Under the pieces are notes generated by a model that saw only the letters and a list, made by a program, of their open reading frames with translations, had not been told where the DNA came from and searched no databases. From Octopus sinensis (lineage: Eukaryota), in NCBI RefSeq assembly GCF_006345805.1, contig NC_043000.1, positions 143,654,001 through 143,718,000 of the forward strand: a stretch of 64,000 nt of DNA, read 5' to 3'. The stretch's first letter is position 1. The number at the start of each line of letters is the position of its first letter. Positions 44,626-56,560 of this stretch are shown one piece after another. A program made the position numbers and the translations under genes.

Positions 44626-44669
<44 letters not shown>

Positions 44670-44822
44670 GATATATATCATATATATATATACATACATA
44701 TATACATGCATGCATGTATATATAATATATGTATATATATAAATATATTATATATAATATATATATATATATACATAGTTATATATCCATATATATATAT
44801 ACATACATATATACATACATGC

Positions 44823-44859
<37 letters not shown>

Positions 44860-44920
44860 TATTGTATATATATATACCATAATTATACATATATATATAC
44901 ATTTATATATATATATATAT

Positions 44921-44998
<78 letters not shown>

Positions 44999-45019
44999 CA
45001 TACATATATACATGCATGC

Positions 45020-45063
<44 letters not shown>
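44615..45063. repeat. (TA)n/(TACA)n compound microsatellite
   Basis: Directly visible. Confidence 0.95.
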
Positions 45064-45451
45064 ACAGTTACTGCTTAGGCCTTGCGAAACGAATAATCTG
45101 GTGATCTACTCACTATGCGTACACGTATACTTCTATATTCATAAAAGGAAAAAATAGGTATGCGGTGGAGTAAAACCGTACAGCTTAGTCAGACCTTCAA
45201 ATTTGCAACATATTTCTCCATTGTAAATTGATTTAGTCGAAAGAAACAGAAAGAATCTGGTCGAATATATATAGATATGTGTTTGAGTGTGTGTGTGTGT
45301 GTGTGCGTGCGTGTGCTTGTGTATTTACGTGCGCTTGTGTCTTGACCGCCGATGCTCGTGAGTTTATGTCTCTGTGATACATTTTAAATAATATTATGAC
45401 TAAAATAGCTGCTAATAATTAAAATGTTAATCAAAAATAATTTTCCTTATA

Positions 45452-45665
45452 ATAATAATTGTTTTTTCTATAGTCACAAGGCCTGGAATTTGTTGGGGAG
45501 GGCGATAGTCGATTACATCAACCCCTGTAATTGTTTGGTTCTGAATTTATCGACACCGAAATGATTAAAGGCAAAGTCGACCTCTGTGGAATTTGAATTC
45601 AGAACGTAAAGAAGAACGAAATACCGCTAAGCATTTCATTCAGTGTGCTAACGATTTTGCCAGCT
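45452..45665 (-). mobile_element. SINE family A, tail type 2
   Basis: ggcaaagtcgacctc...gaatttgaattcagaacgtaaag...gtgctaacgattttgccagct. Confidence 0.88.
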
Positions 45666-45976
45666 GATACTAATTGAAAGCGGTTGTGTGATAGATGAGG
45701 CTGAAAGGGTTCAGAAATGATACCTTTTTCTTTAGCAGGCACTCATCGACTTCTTTATTTTCTGCTTTCAAAGGAAACTGATGATGGAGATAGACAGTGA
45801 ATTTCTGAAATGAAGGGTAACTGTGGAACATAGGATTAGAATGAATGGCCCCATTCTATGTATATAACTGTAGGTTGGAAAGCAGGAGAGAGGGCTCGTA
45901 AATTTGGTAGACAGGTAATGCTGAATCTGTAGGTTTTCATCACTGACCCTAGTTGGAGTTTCCCTATCATGACTAC

Positions 45977-46359
45977 CTGCCTCCCCAAAATCCATCCCTT
46001 CCTCACCGTGGTGGGGACGCTGGTAACGGTTAGTGTCAGAGCCATGCCATCGGGAACTTCGGTTCCTGGTAGGGTCACCCAAGCCGGATTGGTCTGACAG
46101 CGAGTGGTATTGGGGCCACAACCCGGCAGACGGGGTTCTGGTGAAAATCCTCGGAGTGTCTGCTTCGGCAACCGGCGGCGCCTCGGTCGTTCTGTCTCTG
46201 CGTCTGCGGACTATCTGCGTCAAACTGGATGTCTCCATATGCGGGATTGTTGGGGACAGTTTGTGAAGTCTACATATTCCAATGAAACGTCTTCCATGAG
46301 TAGAAGACGCCGACTCAACCCGCCCAGGGGGAATGTCGCCGCAAGTAAGTACCAGTAAG
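45977..46359 (+). mobile_element. 383-bp non-autonomous RTE-derived element with 12-bp TSD and (AAGT)-type tail
   Basis: TSD TATCATGACTAC at 45965-45976 and 46360-46371; GC-rich island; ends CAAGTAAGTACCAGTAAG. CCTCACCGTGGTGGGG...GAGCCATGCC...AGGGTCACCCAAG resembles recalled RTE/BovB 5' UTR sequence. Confidence 0.75.
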
Positions 46360-48240
46360 TATCATGACTACTGCATCATTCATGTTATCACATACATATA
46401 TACTATGTCTTCTTTATCACATTTCACTGTCTTTGCCATTTCTTTCTCTCCATCATTTATGCAAAGCTCAACAGAAATTGTCTTCCCCTCTTGTGATTTC
46501 TCCTTCATCTATACCCTATGGTTACTAAAGCAATTTCTTCTTCTTCTTCTCTTCTTCTTCTTATTATTATTATTATTATTATAAAACTCTTTTAATAGAT
46601 ATAATACAAATATAAAATATTAACGTTAGTATCCATCATATTAAGATCATGAGTAGCATTAATAATATTAAAATTATTAATAATGCTAATATTAGATAAT
46701 ATTTATACTAATATGGCAAACAAGTAATAGTGTAAAATATTAGGAGTGGGGTAATTTTCGTGTATTACTAGGCATAGCTTGTTTGACTTATTACGTCTGG
46801 AATATACACGAATATACACACAGATTTACCTACCTACCTACCTGTTTGCCAGCCTACATACTCGCATACCTACATATACTCATATGTAAATGTTTTGTGA
46901 ATAAGTGTGAAGAAACATTAAACTGTCTCGGTGGACAATCTATTTAGACTACTTGTGGAAACAATTTCCCTGCTGACTTGCCGCATGTTTCTCCCCAAGG
47001 AGAAGAATGAGCAACACAACAATTGATTACATTTTTTGTATAAACTCTTGGGCTTTTTTCTGTAATAAAAAGAAAATCAATATGTCGATTATTATCCCTC
47101 TGTAGGCAACCAACTTTTATACCTTCATGTAATTTACAATTATACTTTAAATATATAGGTTCGGCAAGTCTGCTAAGGTGGGGTACAAAGTCTAAATCAA
47201 TATGAACTGATAATGTAGAAGTTTTTACAATGTATTAAAAGAGATCGTATAAAAAGTTTAAATTCTATTTCTTTTTGTGGCGCTGTGATCATTAATAGAT
47301 CATAATTAGTAATTTATTAGATTCATTAAATTTTTATAGGTTATACAACAATATGTTATTGATTTCATGTACGCTACAAAATAAAGTTTTATGCCGAAAT
47401 AAGACTATTTACACTTACACATTTTTTACTGTATATTTTTCACGGTTTTCTACAACAATGTTACCATTATGACGCCAAGCCAATGAAGAACAAAGAAAGT
47501 TCAACAAATACCAATTCTTCTAACTTCTTTCTTTACAGATTCTTTTGTTCCAATATTTTGATTATATATATTTTTTAATGATTTGTTTTTATTTCTGCGG
47601 TAGTTAGATGAATTCATTTATGCAATAGGTAAGTCGAATCAATGATTTACGATGCTATGCCAAAATTAAGAATATCTACATTAGACCTACACAGAAAATA
47701 TGTAAAACGTAAAGGAAATGATTTAGAAAATAATGAAGGCAAGTATTCCAGTTACACACGTCATATTTTCTGCATAATGTGACGAAGACATTAGTATTCA
47801 ACGTTATGAAAAGTTCAACCAAGAGATAAGAGTGACCTGCTGCGAATTAAATTTGAAACTGAAACGACAGTTTATATTACAGCATAAAGACAGTTTCATA
47901 TATTTCGTAGTGACTTCGGGCGCAACGAGACGTAAAGTTATGCATAACATAACGCACTTAATTAAGATCCTGTTTACGTAATCATTTCTTGCAATGATGC
48001 GACAAGATTACGAAGGAATAATCTACTAATGCTATTTCAAAATGGAATGTAGCCAGCTTACTCACCGACGTATACTATTTGTAGTATTCTTCATTAAACC
48101 AATGTTATAAGTAAAATGTATTGCACAATTCATTTCCTTCATATAGATTCTATTTGCTATTTGCCTATTCTCGTTTTCACACGAAAACTCCTCTTAAACT
48201 ATCGAAACAAAAATTACAAGCAATATATTATTCCTACCAA

Positions 48241-48448
48241 TATTCTTTCTACTAAAGGCAGAAGGCCTGAAATATGTGAGAGGCCAGTTGTTTATATCAA
48301 CCAAATTACGTAACTGGTATTTATTTCATCAATGAAAGTATGAACGGTATAGTCGACCTCGGCGGATTTCAACTGAGAATGTAAAGACAGACAAAATGCC
48401 GCTTAGCATTTTGCCCGGCGTGCTAACGATCCAGCCAGCTCACCACCT
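48241..48448 (-). mobile_element. SINE family A, tail type 2
   Basis: gtcgacctcggcggatttcaactgagaatgtaaagacagac...gctaacgatccagccagctcaccacc. Confidence 0.88.
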
Positions 48449-49184
48449 TAAACCTACGACTGTAAAAAAGCAACAATAGTAATGTTCTATCTGCATTAAC
48501 ATTTCATTTATCAATAAGGTTTGAAGTCAGAGTGGAGATGTCATTGATCAAGATATTTGTATAACCTTGCATTCCGATAAGATGGTTAGGAGAATGAAAC
48601 CGCTAGGAACAAAATTTCAAAAGTCAGCGATCTAATCTCATAGTAAAGTTCTGTGCTGCATGCTTCGTACGAACCATACCGAAAAGGTCCAATGTTTTAA
48701 TGTATTCAAAATGGTTTTGATTCTCAATTCCAGTATAAATTTAGGGTCGCCAGAGCAATTAATCTTTAATAGCATCTGTTGTCTTTATAAGATAATATTT
48801 ATTTCATAGTTTGAAAAGCGAAAACCAAAACTGGAATGCTATGTTGGTAAATCAATGACGGAACGGCATTAAAGGCTCTTAATCATTGATCACATTCGTG
48901 CATGCGTGTCAGTGGTCAGTGTAAGAATTTGTCCAAATACCTATAACCCGGTACACATCAATAAAACTTGATCATCTTATTAAATTCGAAGGTGTATAAA
49001 AACTTGTACGAAATAAACCGTGTTTATGGCACAAGATATGTCGACGAATTACAACGAATAAGACATACGGTACGGAATGATGGCTGAAAGTCAGCTAAAG
49101 TGATATACGAAGCTGCAGTCTAGACATATGTTTATTTCTTACAAGTATGGATCCTCCATACAAGGAAGTTTTGTAAACGACAGA

Positions 49185-49258
49185 TTATGCTGATGATCTT
49201 GCAGATATTTGCGTGTCCATATACGTAAATATTAACAAGTGAAACCAGTGGTACATAA
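49185..49258 (+). ncRNA. Type I hammerhead ribozyme candidate with long stem II
   Basis: UUAUG-CUGAUGA-[44-nt hairpin, 17 of 20 positions paired including G-U]-GAAAC-CAGUG-GUA-CAUAA; stem I has 5 bp. Confidence 0.7.
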
Positions 49259-49419
49259 GAAATAGTTTTTTTTATATATTTTCTTTGTCTTGCGTATTTT
49301 TACAATTTGTTTTTTTGCTGAGATTTTTCTTGAGAGAAACATTCTTCGTGGTAATGGCGATTTGACGTCTATGTTTAGCATATAGGTTGTCCACTTTTAG
49401 TGGTCAGTCCTCTAACTTC

Positions 49420-49453
<34 letters not shown>

Positions 49454-49925
49454 TGTGTGTGTATGTGTGTGTGTATATATATAAAATGATAGACAATCAG
49501 AGGTGCAGAAATAGCCTACTGCAAATAAATAAAAAAAAAGGTATCGCAATCCAGTGGTAGAGAGGAATAAGTATTCCAAAACAATCGGAAGGACAGGGCC
49601 GGTCCATGTGAGTGTGCAGTAAATAGCCAATGAAGATAAACTGACAATTACAAAAGAGAGAAAGAGAAAAAAGAAGAAAAAGGCAAACGTAAGGACGTAC
49701 AAAAGAAATATATTCATTACGCCTTCGGTGAAAGGAAAGAGTTGTTAACGTTTCGAGGACATCCCTGTTTCCGACCAAGAGCTATGCACCACTTTGTTAC
49801 AGCTCTTTACCTTTCAAACATATTTATATCAGTAGAAGTACAGCCATGATTCTAATAACTTCTGCTTTTCTATAACGTTTCATATTATACTACATTTATC
49901 AACGACGCGCTAACAGTATTGTATA

Positions 49926-50495
49926 TCTATATATATAAAACTGTAGTTGTGTGAGTGTCTGTCCCCCTCGATTTAGATTCCTAACTACTCCCACAGTTTG
50001 CGGTGCAGTTTAACCGAATTCGGGTATCTTATAGTCGTGATTCATATCGAGCCCGTCTGGGTATTAGCGCGCGTCTACGATGAGTCCACGATTTTAAAAA
50101 TAATTTAACATTATTTTTTATTCCATTTTAATGCATATTTTTTCGTTTGTCGATGGCGGCGGAGTTGGCGTCCACGCTCACGCCTGCACCTGTGTTGCTT
50201 CTTTCTCCCCCTTCTTCCCTCCCTCGTGAAGCTGTGGGGAAGGGAGTGTAAGGAAATCAACGTCGTAATGCGTTGTCAAGGAGACCATCGTTCTTTTAGA
50301 AAAAACGACTTCATGGCTTGAAGACACCAAAACAGAAAATGTCTACGATGAGTCAACGATTTAAAAAAAAAAATTACCACATTTTTTTTCCATTTTTTAT
50401 GCATTTTTTTGCTATTTTTTTGGCTATAACTCTCTAAAAATGCTTATATAGTTATTTCCCTTACAAATCCGAGCAACGCCGGGCGATACTGCTAG
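49926..50495 (+). mobile_element. Non-autonomous Helitron, 570 bp
   Basis: 5' TC (tctatatatataaaa), 3' hairpin CCGAGCAACGCCGGG (50469-50483), terminal CTAG, inserted between A (49925) and T (50496). Internal ~70-bp repeat at 50073 and 50341. Confidence 0.88.
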
Positions 50496-51060
50496 TTGTA
50501 ATATAAAACATTCATATCATGTTAGAGATGTTTTAAATTATAAGGGTGTAAAAGGTGACATTTACATCATATAGATACTGTGGCCTGCTCAGAATCTGCA
50601 GCAGCTACTTCAAAACATAGAAATATCCTCTCCTGATAATGATTAAAGATATTGCGATATTTCATTCCGTTCTGTATTTTCAACAGCTATCTATTTGAAT
50701 TTTGACCCTTAGTCTGTAATCCTTACAGAGTGTGACATTAATGACAGGACTGGTCTTCGCCTGTAGATATCATAAAATCATTAACGAGGTTGTTAAAGTT
50801 TTTGAAAAAAACATACATATACACACAGTCATCTATCTGCACGCACAAGCACATATGCATTTTCTGGTAACGCACGAAAAATTTGGTGTTTATTTCGGGA
50901 GACAGCGTATATAATATTGAATTCGGGTTGGCAGAACGAAACTGTTTGTAGCAGGTGCAACAAGAGCGGACAAATTATAATTGCACTTTATGAATAGTTT
51001 CAGGCTGTTACTCCGAGTGTACGTATGAACACACACATACACAAACACACACATACATGC

Positions 51061-51092
<32 letters not shown>

Positions 51093-51195
51093 ATACATAT
51101 ATATATTACTCAAAGAAATTCCAACTCTGTTGTTTATGTTTTATTTATATTCTTTATAATATTAATGTAGAATATAGAATATATAGAATAAATAA

Positions 51196-51539
51196 AAGGG
51201 TAAAGACCACCTTCGGTCATGAGTGACCATGGGTTTGCACCTAGAGAGTTACCCTCTGAGGCACAAGTCTGGGCAAGGTTGTTTTTATGGAAGACCAGTA
51301 GTCGCCCATGCATACCGGCCTCCCCTCTCCACGCCACCAGTGTTATCCAAGGGAAAGACAAAGGTCGATACAGCTTGGCACCTGTGACGTCGCAACTCAT
51401 TTCTACAGCTGAGTGAACTGGAGCAACGTGAAATAAAGTGTCTTGCTCAAGAACACAACACGCAGCCCGGTCCGGGATTCGAGCTCACAACCTCACGATC
51501 GTAAGCTCGACGCTCTAACCACTGAGCCATGCGCCTTCC
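51196..51539 (-). mobile_element. SINE family C (tRNA head, CORE/V-like segment) with 13-bp TSD
   Basis: Minus strand begins GAAGGCGCATGGCTCAGTGGTTAGAGCG; TSD ATAGAATAAATAA at 51183-51195 and 51540-51552. Confidence 0.93.
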
Positions 51540-52425
51540 ATAGAATAAATAATATATATAATAAAATGAAATAAAGTATTGATTCTCTTATTGAATAGAT
51601 GGAATGTTGAATAAAAGATTTTAAGGGACTGGTATACTTTTTTGCATTAAAGCAATCTTCAAGGTCCCAGGTTGTGACAGGATATATATATATATATTCA
51701 TACATACAGTAAGAGTTTTGAAGAAAGAATATATTTGGTTTCTATTCTGTGTAACTATTTGTAAAATATACATAGGAAAGAACCGTGTAAGATAGTGTGA
51801 GTGTGTGAGTATACAATTATGTATGTATGAAGATTTCTAAACGAATTATACGCGTAAAAATGTTTGTTATATTTAGTGACCTTATCTACAAAAGTGTTGA
51901 CATTGTCTACTACATAGAAAAAGAATAAATATTAATCGGATTTTAAAAATAAAATCTCTTTTTAAAAGTACAATAACATCTTATCAGTGACCAATTCTAA
52001 TTTTAACTGAGTGAATAATCTTACATTGTAATCACATGAGAAAGTCATAAATATGTAAGTGTCCGTTCAAGTCTCCTTCTGAGAGAATCATTTAATAATC
52101 TTATTTCTCAAAGGTATTCTATAATCGCTTGATATTTTTATTTTTGTAGAACGTTGAAGACGCTATCATATTGCAATGAATAATATTTAATAACGCAACG
52201 AAAATATTTACAGAGACATTGAACTATAATAAGAATTACATACGAGATATTCATTAATCATTGTTTTGATTTTGTTATAAACAACGTTGTAGATATAAAA
52301 TCAAATATGTTGCTGGCTTGCAGAAAGCAATTTGCAGGTTCCCTTTTCTGGTAGTATTAATATTATACAGAAAAATGTTACAAACTCAGTAATGATACTA
52401 TGAAGAGGTTTTGTGCGAAGTTTGC

Positions 52426-54560
52426 TCAAATGTCAAGAATATTTTTCAGGATGCTTGCTGAATGTAATATATCTAAATTCTGGTATCTGTTAGATGGCAC
52501 TTTGTGAGTGGTGCCGAGTACACAAATTATCACGGAATCAGTGTTTATGTTTACGCTTCACAATCTCTTAATTTCTATTGCTAGTTCCTAATATATACGA
52601 TATTTCCAATTTCCGTGATATCGTGCCTACTATCATATGGACTGCAAAATATGTATTCTTAACTTTGTTTATTTTTGCTTTTTGTTAATTTTTTTAGTCT
52701 CCTATGATCGTATCTATTTTTATTGTTTTAACAGAATAGTCATAAACTAAACTTTCCTTCAATATTTCAAACTCTGGGTCTTCCACTTAAAAAGTTTTCG
52801 TAAGTTCTAATCAACATGATTGGCTTTTTAACCGACACACTCTTCGTAGAAATTACACGCACTTTGTGCTAGCATATAGCACTCACTTCCTTCTCATTTT
52901 TTCTTTTTCCAGCATATTCTGGTTTTGCTCTTTTACATTGATATTATTTATTTATTTCTATTGGTTCGTTAGGGAGACACCATAATTCAACAATTCATTT
53001 TCTCGTTTTTTCTTTACACTTTCATTTACAACCATCTTCACTCACTTTTAATATCGTCGCATGTTTGCATGGACCGACAGGTATTTCCTTCCTTGCCTTT
53101 CCAGCTATTTTCTGAGTTAGTCCTTTTGCTCTTCAATTCTCTCTTTCAGTGAGTTGAATGATAGTGGACGTAGTTTTAAATCTTTTTCTTCATTCGGTAC
53201 ATCGAAAGTAAACAGACTCAACATCGTAGATCTGATGGTATCTTCATTGTTTTATAAATCTCTTCTTTCTTCTCTTCTTGACCCTGTGGATATTGTTTTT
53301 AACAGCGCCGTTCGCAGTTCCCGGTGAGCAGCTTTGTAATACATATATCTAATTCTTGTAGAAAAGAGGTAAAATATCTTAATACTTGTATGTATAATGT
53401 ATCGGCTGCTTTGGCGTATCAATTGCCTTGTATCTTTTGTGGTGAAGTGGGGAAAGCACGTTCGTAATCTCTCTATACTTTTTGGAGACTTTGCTCCCCT
53501 ATGCCTTTCCATTGCCTTATAATCATGTGGTAGGCCTGGTTAATCGAATTCCTCATTCATTTCATCAATCTGATAATATAGTAATACAATCAGATTTTAC
53601 TATCTCAACCTCTCTTCATAATAAAAACTACACACTCCAATCTGCATGCCAATACCCTATCAAAATATCCTTATTATATGGACAAATGTTCCACATGGTT
53701 TTCGTTTTTTGTGTAAACATAGCAAATGATTCATTTTCATGCAGGTTTGACCAAGCTCAAATGCAGGCTTAAGAATTAATGCAATAATAAAAAAAAAAGT
53801 AATTGAATATCACCTTCTCTATATTGACACTTACTAATGATTCATTTCTGCATTTTAGTTCTATTTCACATGATAGCATCGCTTTCCTAAACAATACTGT
53901 TAAACTTCTTATAGATTCTGAGCGTCTTCAGGCACTCCATAAATTAACATGGTGAGCTTTCTTATATACAAACTAACCCATAGTTATGTTTCATTTGTTC
54001 TTCACTTAGTTTCATGTTACAGGTATAAACACGTCGGCAGTACTTTCTGATTTCCTTTTTTGTATCGTTTTAGCTTTTCTTGTAATGCATTTACTGTCTC
54101 CACAATATTATGCAATTTATTTGCTTTGAGGTCAGTTAGTAATTTCTAGAAAAATGGTGCGCATCAGTAAGCCTGAAATTACAAAGTTCCTTTCCCCGTT
54201 CATTGTATTTCATGTTCTTCTCTTAGTTATACATGTTGGTGTTCTAGTATCTGCACAAAATGTATATGTGTGATTTTTAAGCCAGAGTCCACGATCAACA
54301 TAGGCTTTTAAAAAAATTTGATATCATTTAATTCGTATTTTTTCTTCCTGTTATATAAATTTTATTTCTTTTATTTCCTTTTTATTTGCTTTGACCATTT
54401 TTTTCTTTTAACTCTTAACTTTTCGTAAGCATTCAGTTTCCTGTTATCGGGAAATTCTTTCCTCGAAAAGTTCTTTGCTGCTTCCACATTTGGTACATCA
54501 TACCTACAGATCTTCATTCTCATTGTTATGCACTTGTTGAATTTCCTTTCATTGTTTTTG
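52426..54560 (-). mobile_element. Heavily decayed R4/Dong-clade element, copy 3
   Basis: Minus-strand remnants KMNHLL...IF..GIGMQIG, KAADTLYIQVLRYF, SPYDSR...ELAIEIKRL, VIICVLGTTHK, ASILKNILDI-stop. Confidence 0.75.
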
Positions 54561-54589
54561 GAAATCCTGTTCTACCGAATCTATTTCTA

Positions 54590-54770
54590 TACTTAGTGGC
54601 AGGAATTTCTTCCGAGTTTACCTTCTGAGTTTAAATTCCACAGAGGTTGATTTTGCCTTTCATTGTTTCGGGTCGATAAAATAAATATCAATTGAGTACT
54701 GGAGTGGATGTAATTGACTTTCCTCTCCCCTAAATTGCTGGCTTTGCGCCAAAATTTGAAAGCATTCTTA
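54590..54770 (+). mobile_element. 5'-degenerate SINE family A, tail type 2, followed by a 26-bp unit x2.6 (54768-54836)
   Basis: ttctgagtttaaattcc...ttttgcctttcattgtttcgggtcgataaa; tandem unit ttattattattgtaactactgctacc. Confidence 0.8.
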
Positions 54771-54916
54771 TTATTATTGTAACTACTGCTACCTTATTAT
54801 TATTGTAACTACTGCTACCTTATTATTATTGTAACTGCAAACGTACATACGCACACAAATACACGCATGACTATATGCATTTGTCCGTAAGTCTATATAT
54901 ATATATATATATATAT

Positions 54917-55153
54917 AAAATATTATTAGAGACAAAACCACTATTTTGCAAAACAAACAAGGAAAGACTTAATCAATACATAAAATTTTAATAAATAGTC
55001 AAAAAAACCGCCACTACAATTGTTTCTTGTCTTGATCGACAATCTTCAGGTGGACTTCCAATCTAATAATATTTTATAATATTTTACTATAAAATTGGAT
55101 TTAATCCTAAATCTGATTTTTTCCCTGTAAATTTGGATTTATTCCCTAATATT

Positions 55154-55156
<3 letters not shown>
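54917..55156 (-). mobile_element. 240-bp hammerhead-bearing element flanked by (TA)n (retrozyme-like or solo Penelope pseudo-LTR)
   Basis: Unique sequence between (TA)n tracts 54894-54916 and 55157-55189; contains the hammerhead at 55011-55053. Confidence 0.65.
55011..55053 (-). ncRNA. Minimal type I hammerhead ribozyme
   Basis: CCAC-CUGAAGA-UUGUC(GAUCAA)GACAA-GAAAC-AAUU-GUA/GUGG: all core nucleotides present, perfect stems I and II, palindromic AAUU linker. Confidence 0.85.
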
Positions 55157-55192
<36 letters not shown>

Positions 55193-55273
55193 TGTGTGTA
55201 TTTTTATATATGTATGTGTGTATGCATGTGTATACACACACACACACACACACACATATATCTATCTATCGAG

Positions 55274-55336
<63 letters not shown>

Positions 55337-55924
55337 CTCATATACGCTTTCATGTATGTATCTGCATATGTACATAGCTGAGTCATAGTAACCATTTACT
55401 ATGCAAAGTAACGTTTATACCGACATGCAATCTACAGTTTTAAGGGATATGTTATGCTTGTTTCTTTTATTACTTGCTCTCTTTCTAAGCAATTCTTCTT
55501 CCTATATAGTTTAGTACCAAATATAGACAATGTTAATGTATTTCTTCTCAAATTACTTTCTACTGGCATTATAACCTCTCATTGTTTCAATAATATCATA
55601 CTGGTTGTAAATCACGTTCTTAATATTCAAATCGAAAACTTAGACGACAGAATTAAATATTTTAATTAAAGACTCCTATAGGGTCAAATCTTTAATTGGT
55701 ACATTCTCATGATATTTATGATGACGATAAAGAGATGGCTCGAAAAGCGTATCCGGAGAAAGAAGCATAGTATAGATTTAAAACGATTAAGCTGATAATA
55801 ACCCCGATGGAAGCAATAATAAACACTTGTTCCTACTTTTGACACAAGGGCACGTAAGTTTTGACAATTATTTGGAAAGTATGAAACAAAGAACGAGTTA
55901 CAGTAAAGGCCGTTTCTGATTTAC

Positions 55925-56560
55925 GCACTAGGCCATGATTTAGGAGAGGATGGGCTTAATCGATTACATTGACTCCTGTACCTTGTTGGTGATATATCTC
56001 CTCGACTACTCGGGGGACTATAAGCATAATCTACAGAATTTGAACTCAGTACGTAAAGAGGCATAAGAATTATTTTCTGGTATATAGTATTTTTTAAATT
56101 TTTTAATGATTTTGTCAACATAGTACTCCAAATATTTGGTACTAATTTACATGTAAAGAAGAAAATTTGATGTGAGATTGTAGTCCATTCTGTCAGGCTC
56201 AATGATTGACTGGCACGCTACTTTATCGGTCTCAAAATGATGAACAGAAAATTCCTTTGAACACATAGAGTAAAGTTAATCCGATACACTTTGCATTTTT
56301 GTGACATTTATTAGTTGTATATTATATACCTTTTTTTATACTAAATAATGTACAAAAAAAACTTAAATGTTCTTATAATATTTATTTCCCAAGACGGTGA
56401 GCTGACAGAACCGTTAACACGCGTTTTTGTCCGAGTTCTGGGTACAGATTTTGCTGAGGTTAAATGTACTTTCATCCTTTGGGATCGGTAAACTAAGTAC
56501 TGCTTCAGCACTGAATTCGATGTAATCGGCTTACTCCTTCCCCGAACTTGCTGCCATTGA
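55925..56560. mobile_element. Two degenerate SINE family A copies (~55925-56060 minus, 56393-56556 plus)
   Basis: gaatttgaactcagtacgtaaag; gacggtgagctgacagaaccgttaacacgc. Confidence 0.65.

Noticed and set aside
46261-46345. HDV-like fold on the minus strand of the RTE-derived element
   Set aside because: No P1 partner found, and the tail and UTR motifs show the element is on the plus strand.
45768-46358. Overlapping GC-rich ORFs on both strands
   Set aside because: Open frames are explained by high GC in a TSD-flanked non-coding element; no recognisable domain.
51465-51538. tRNA gene (also 60299-60372)
   Set aside because: A and B boxes are present, but the acceptor and anticodon stems do not close and the sequence continues into a shared SINE body.
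55721-55750. ATGACGA...GCTCGAAAAGCGT, resembling a hammerhead
   Set aside because: Core is incomplete and stems I and II do not form.
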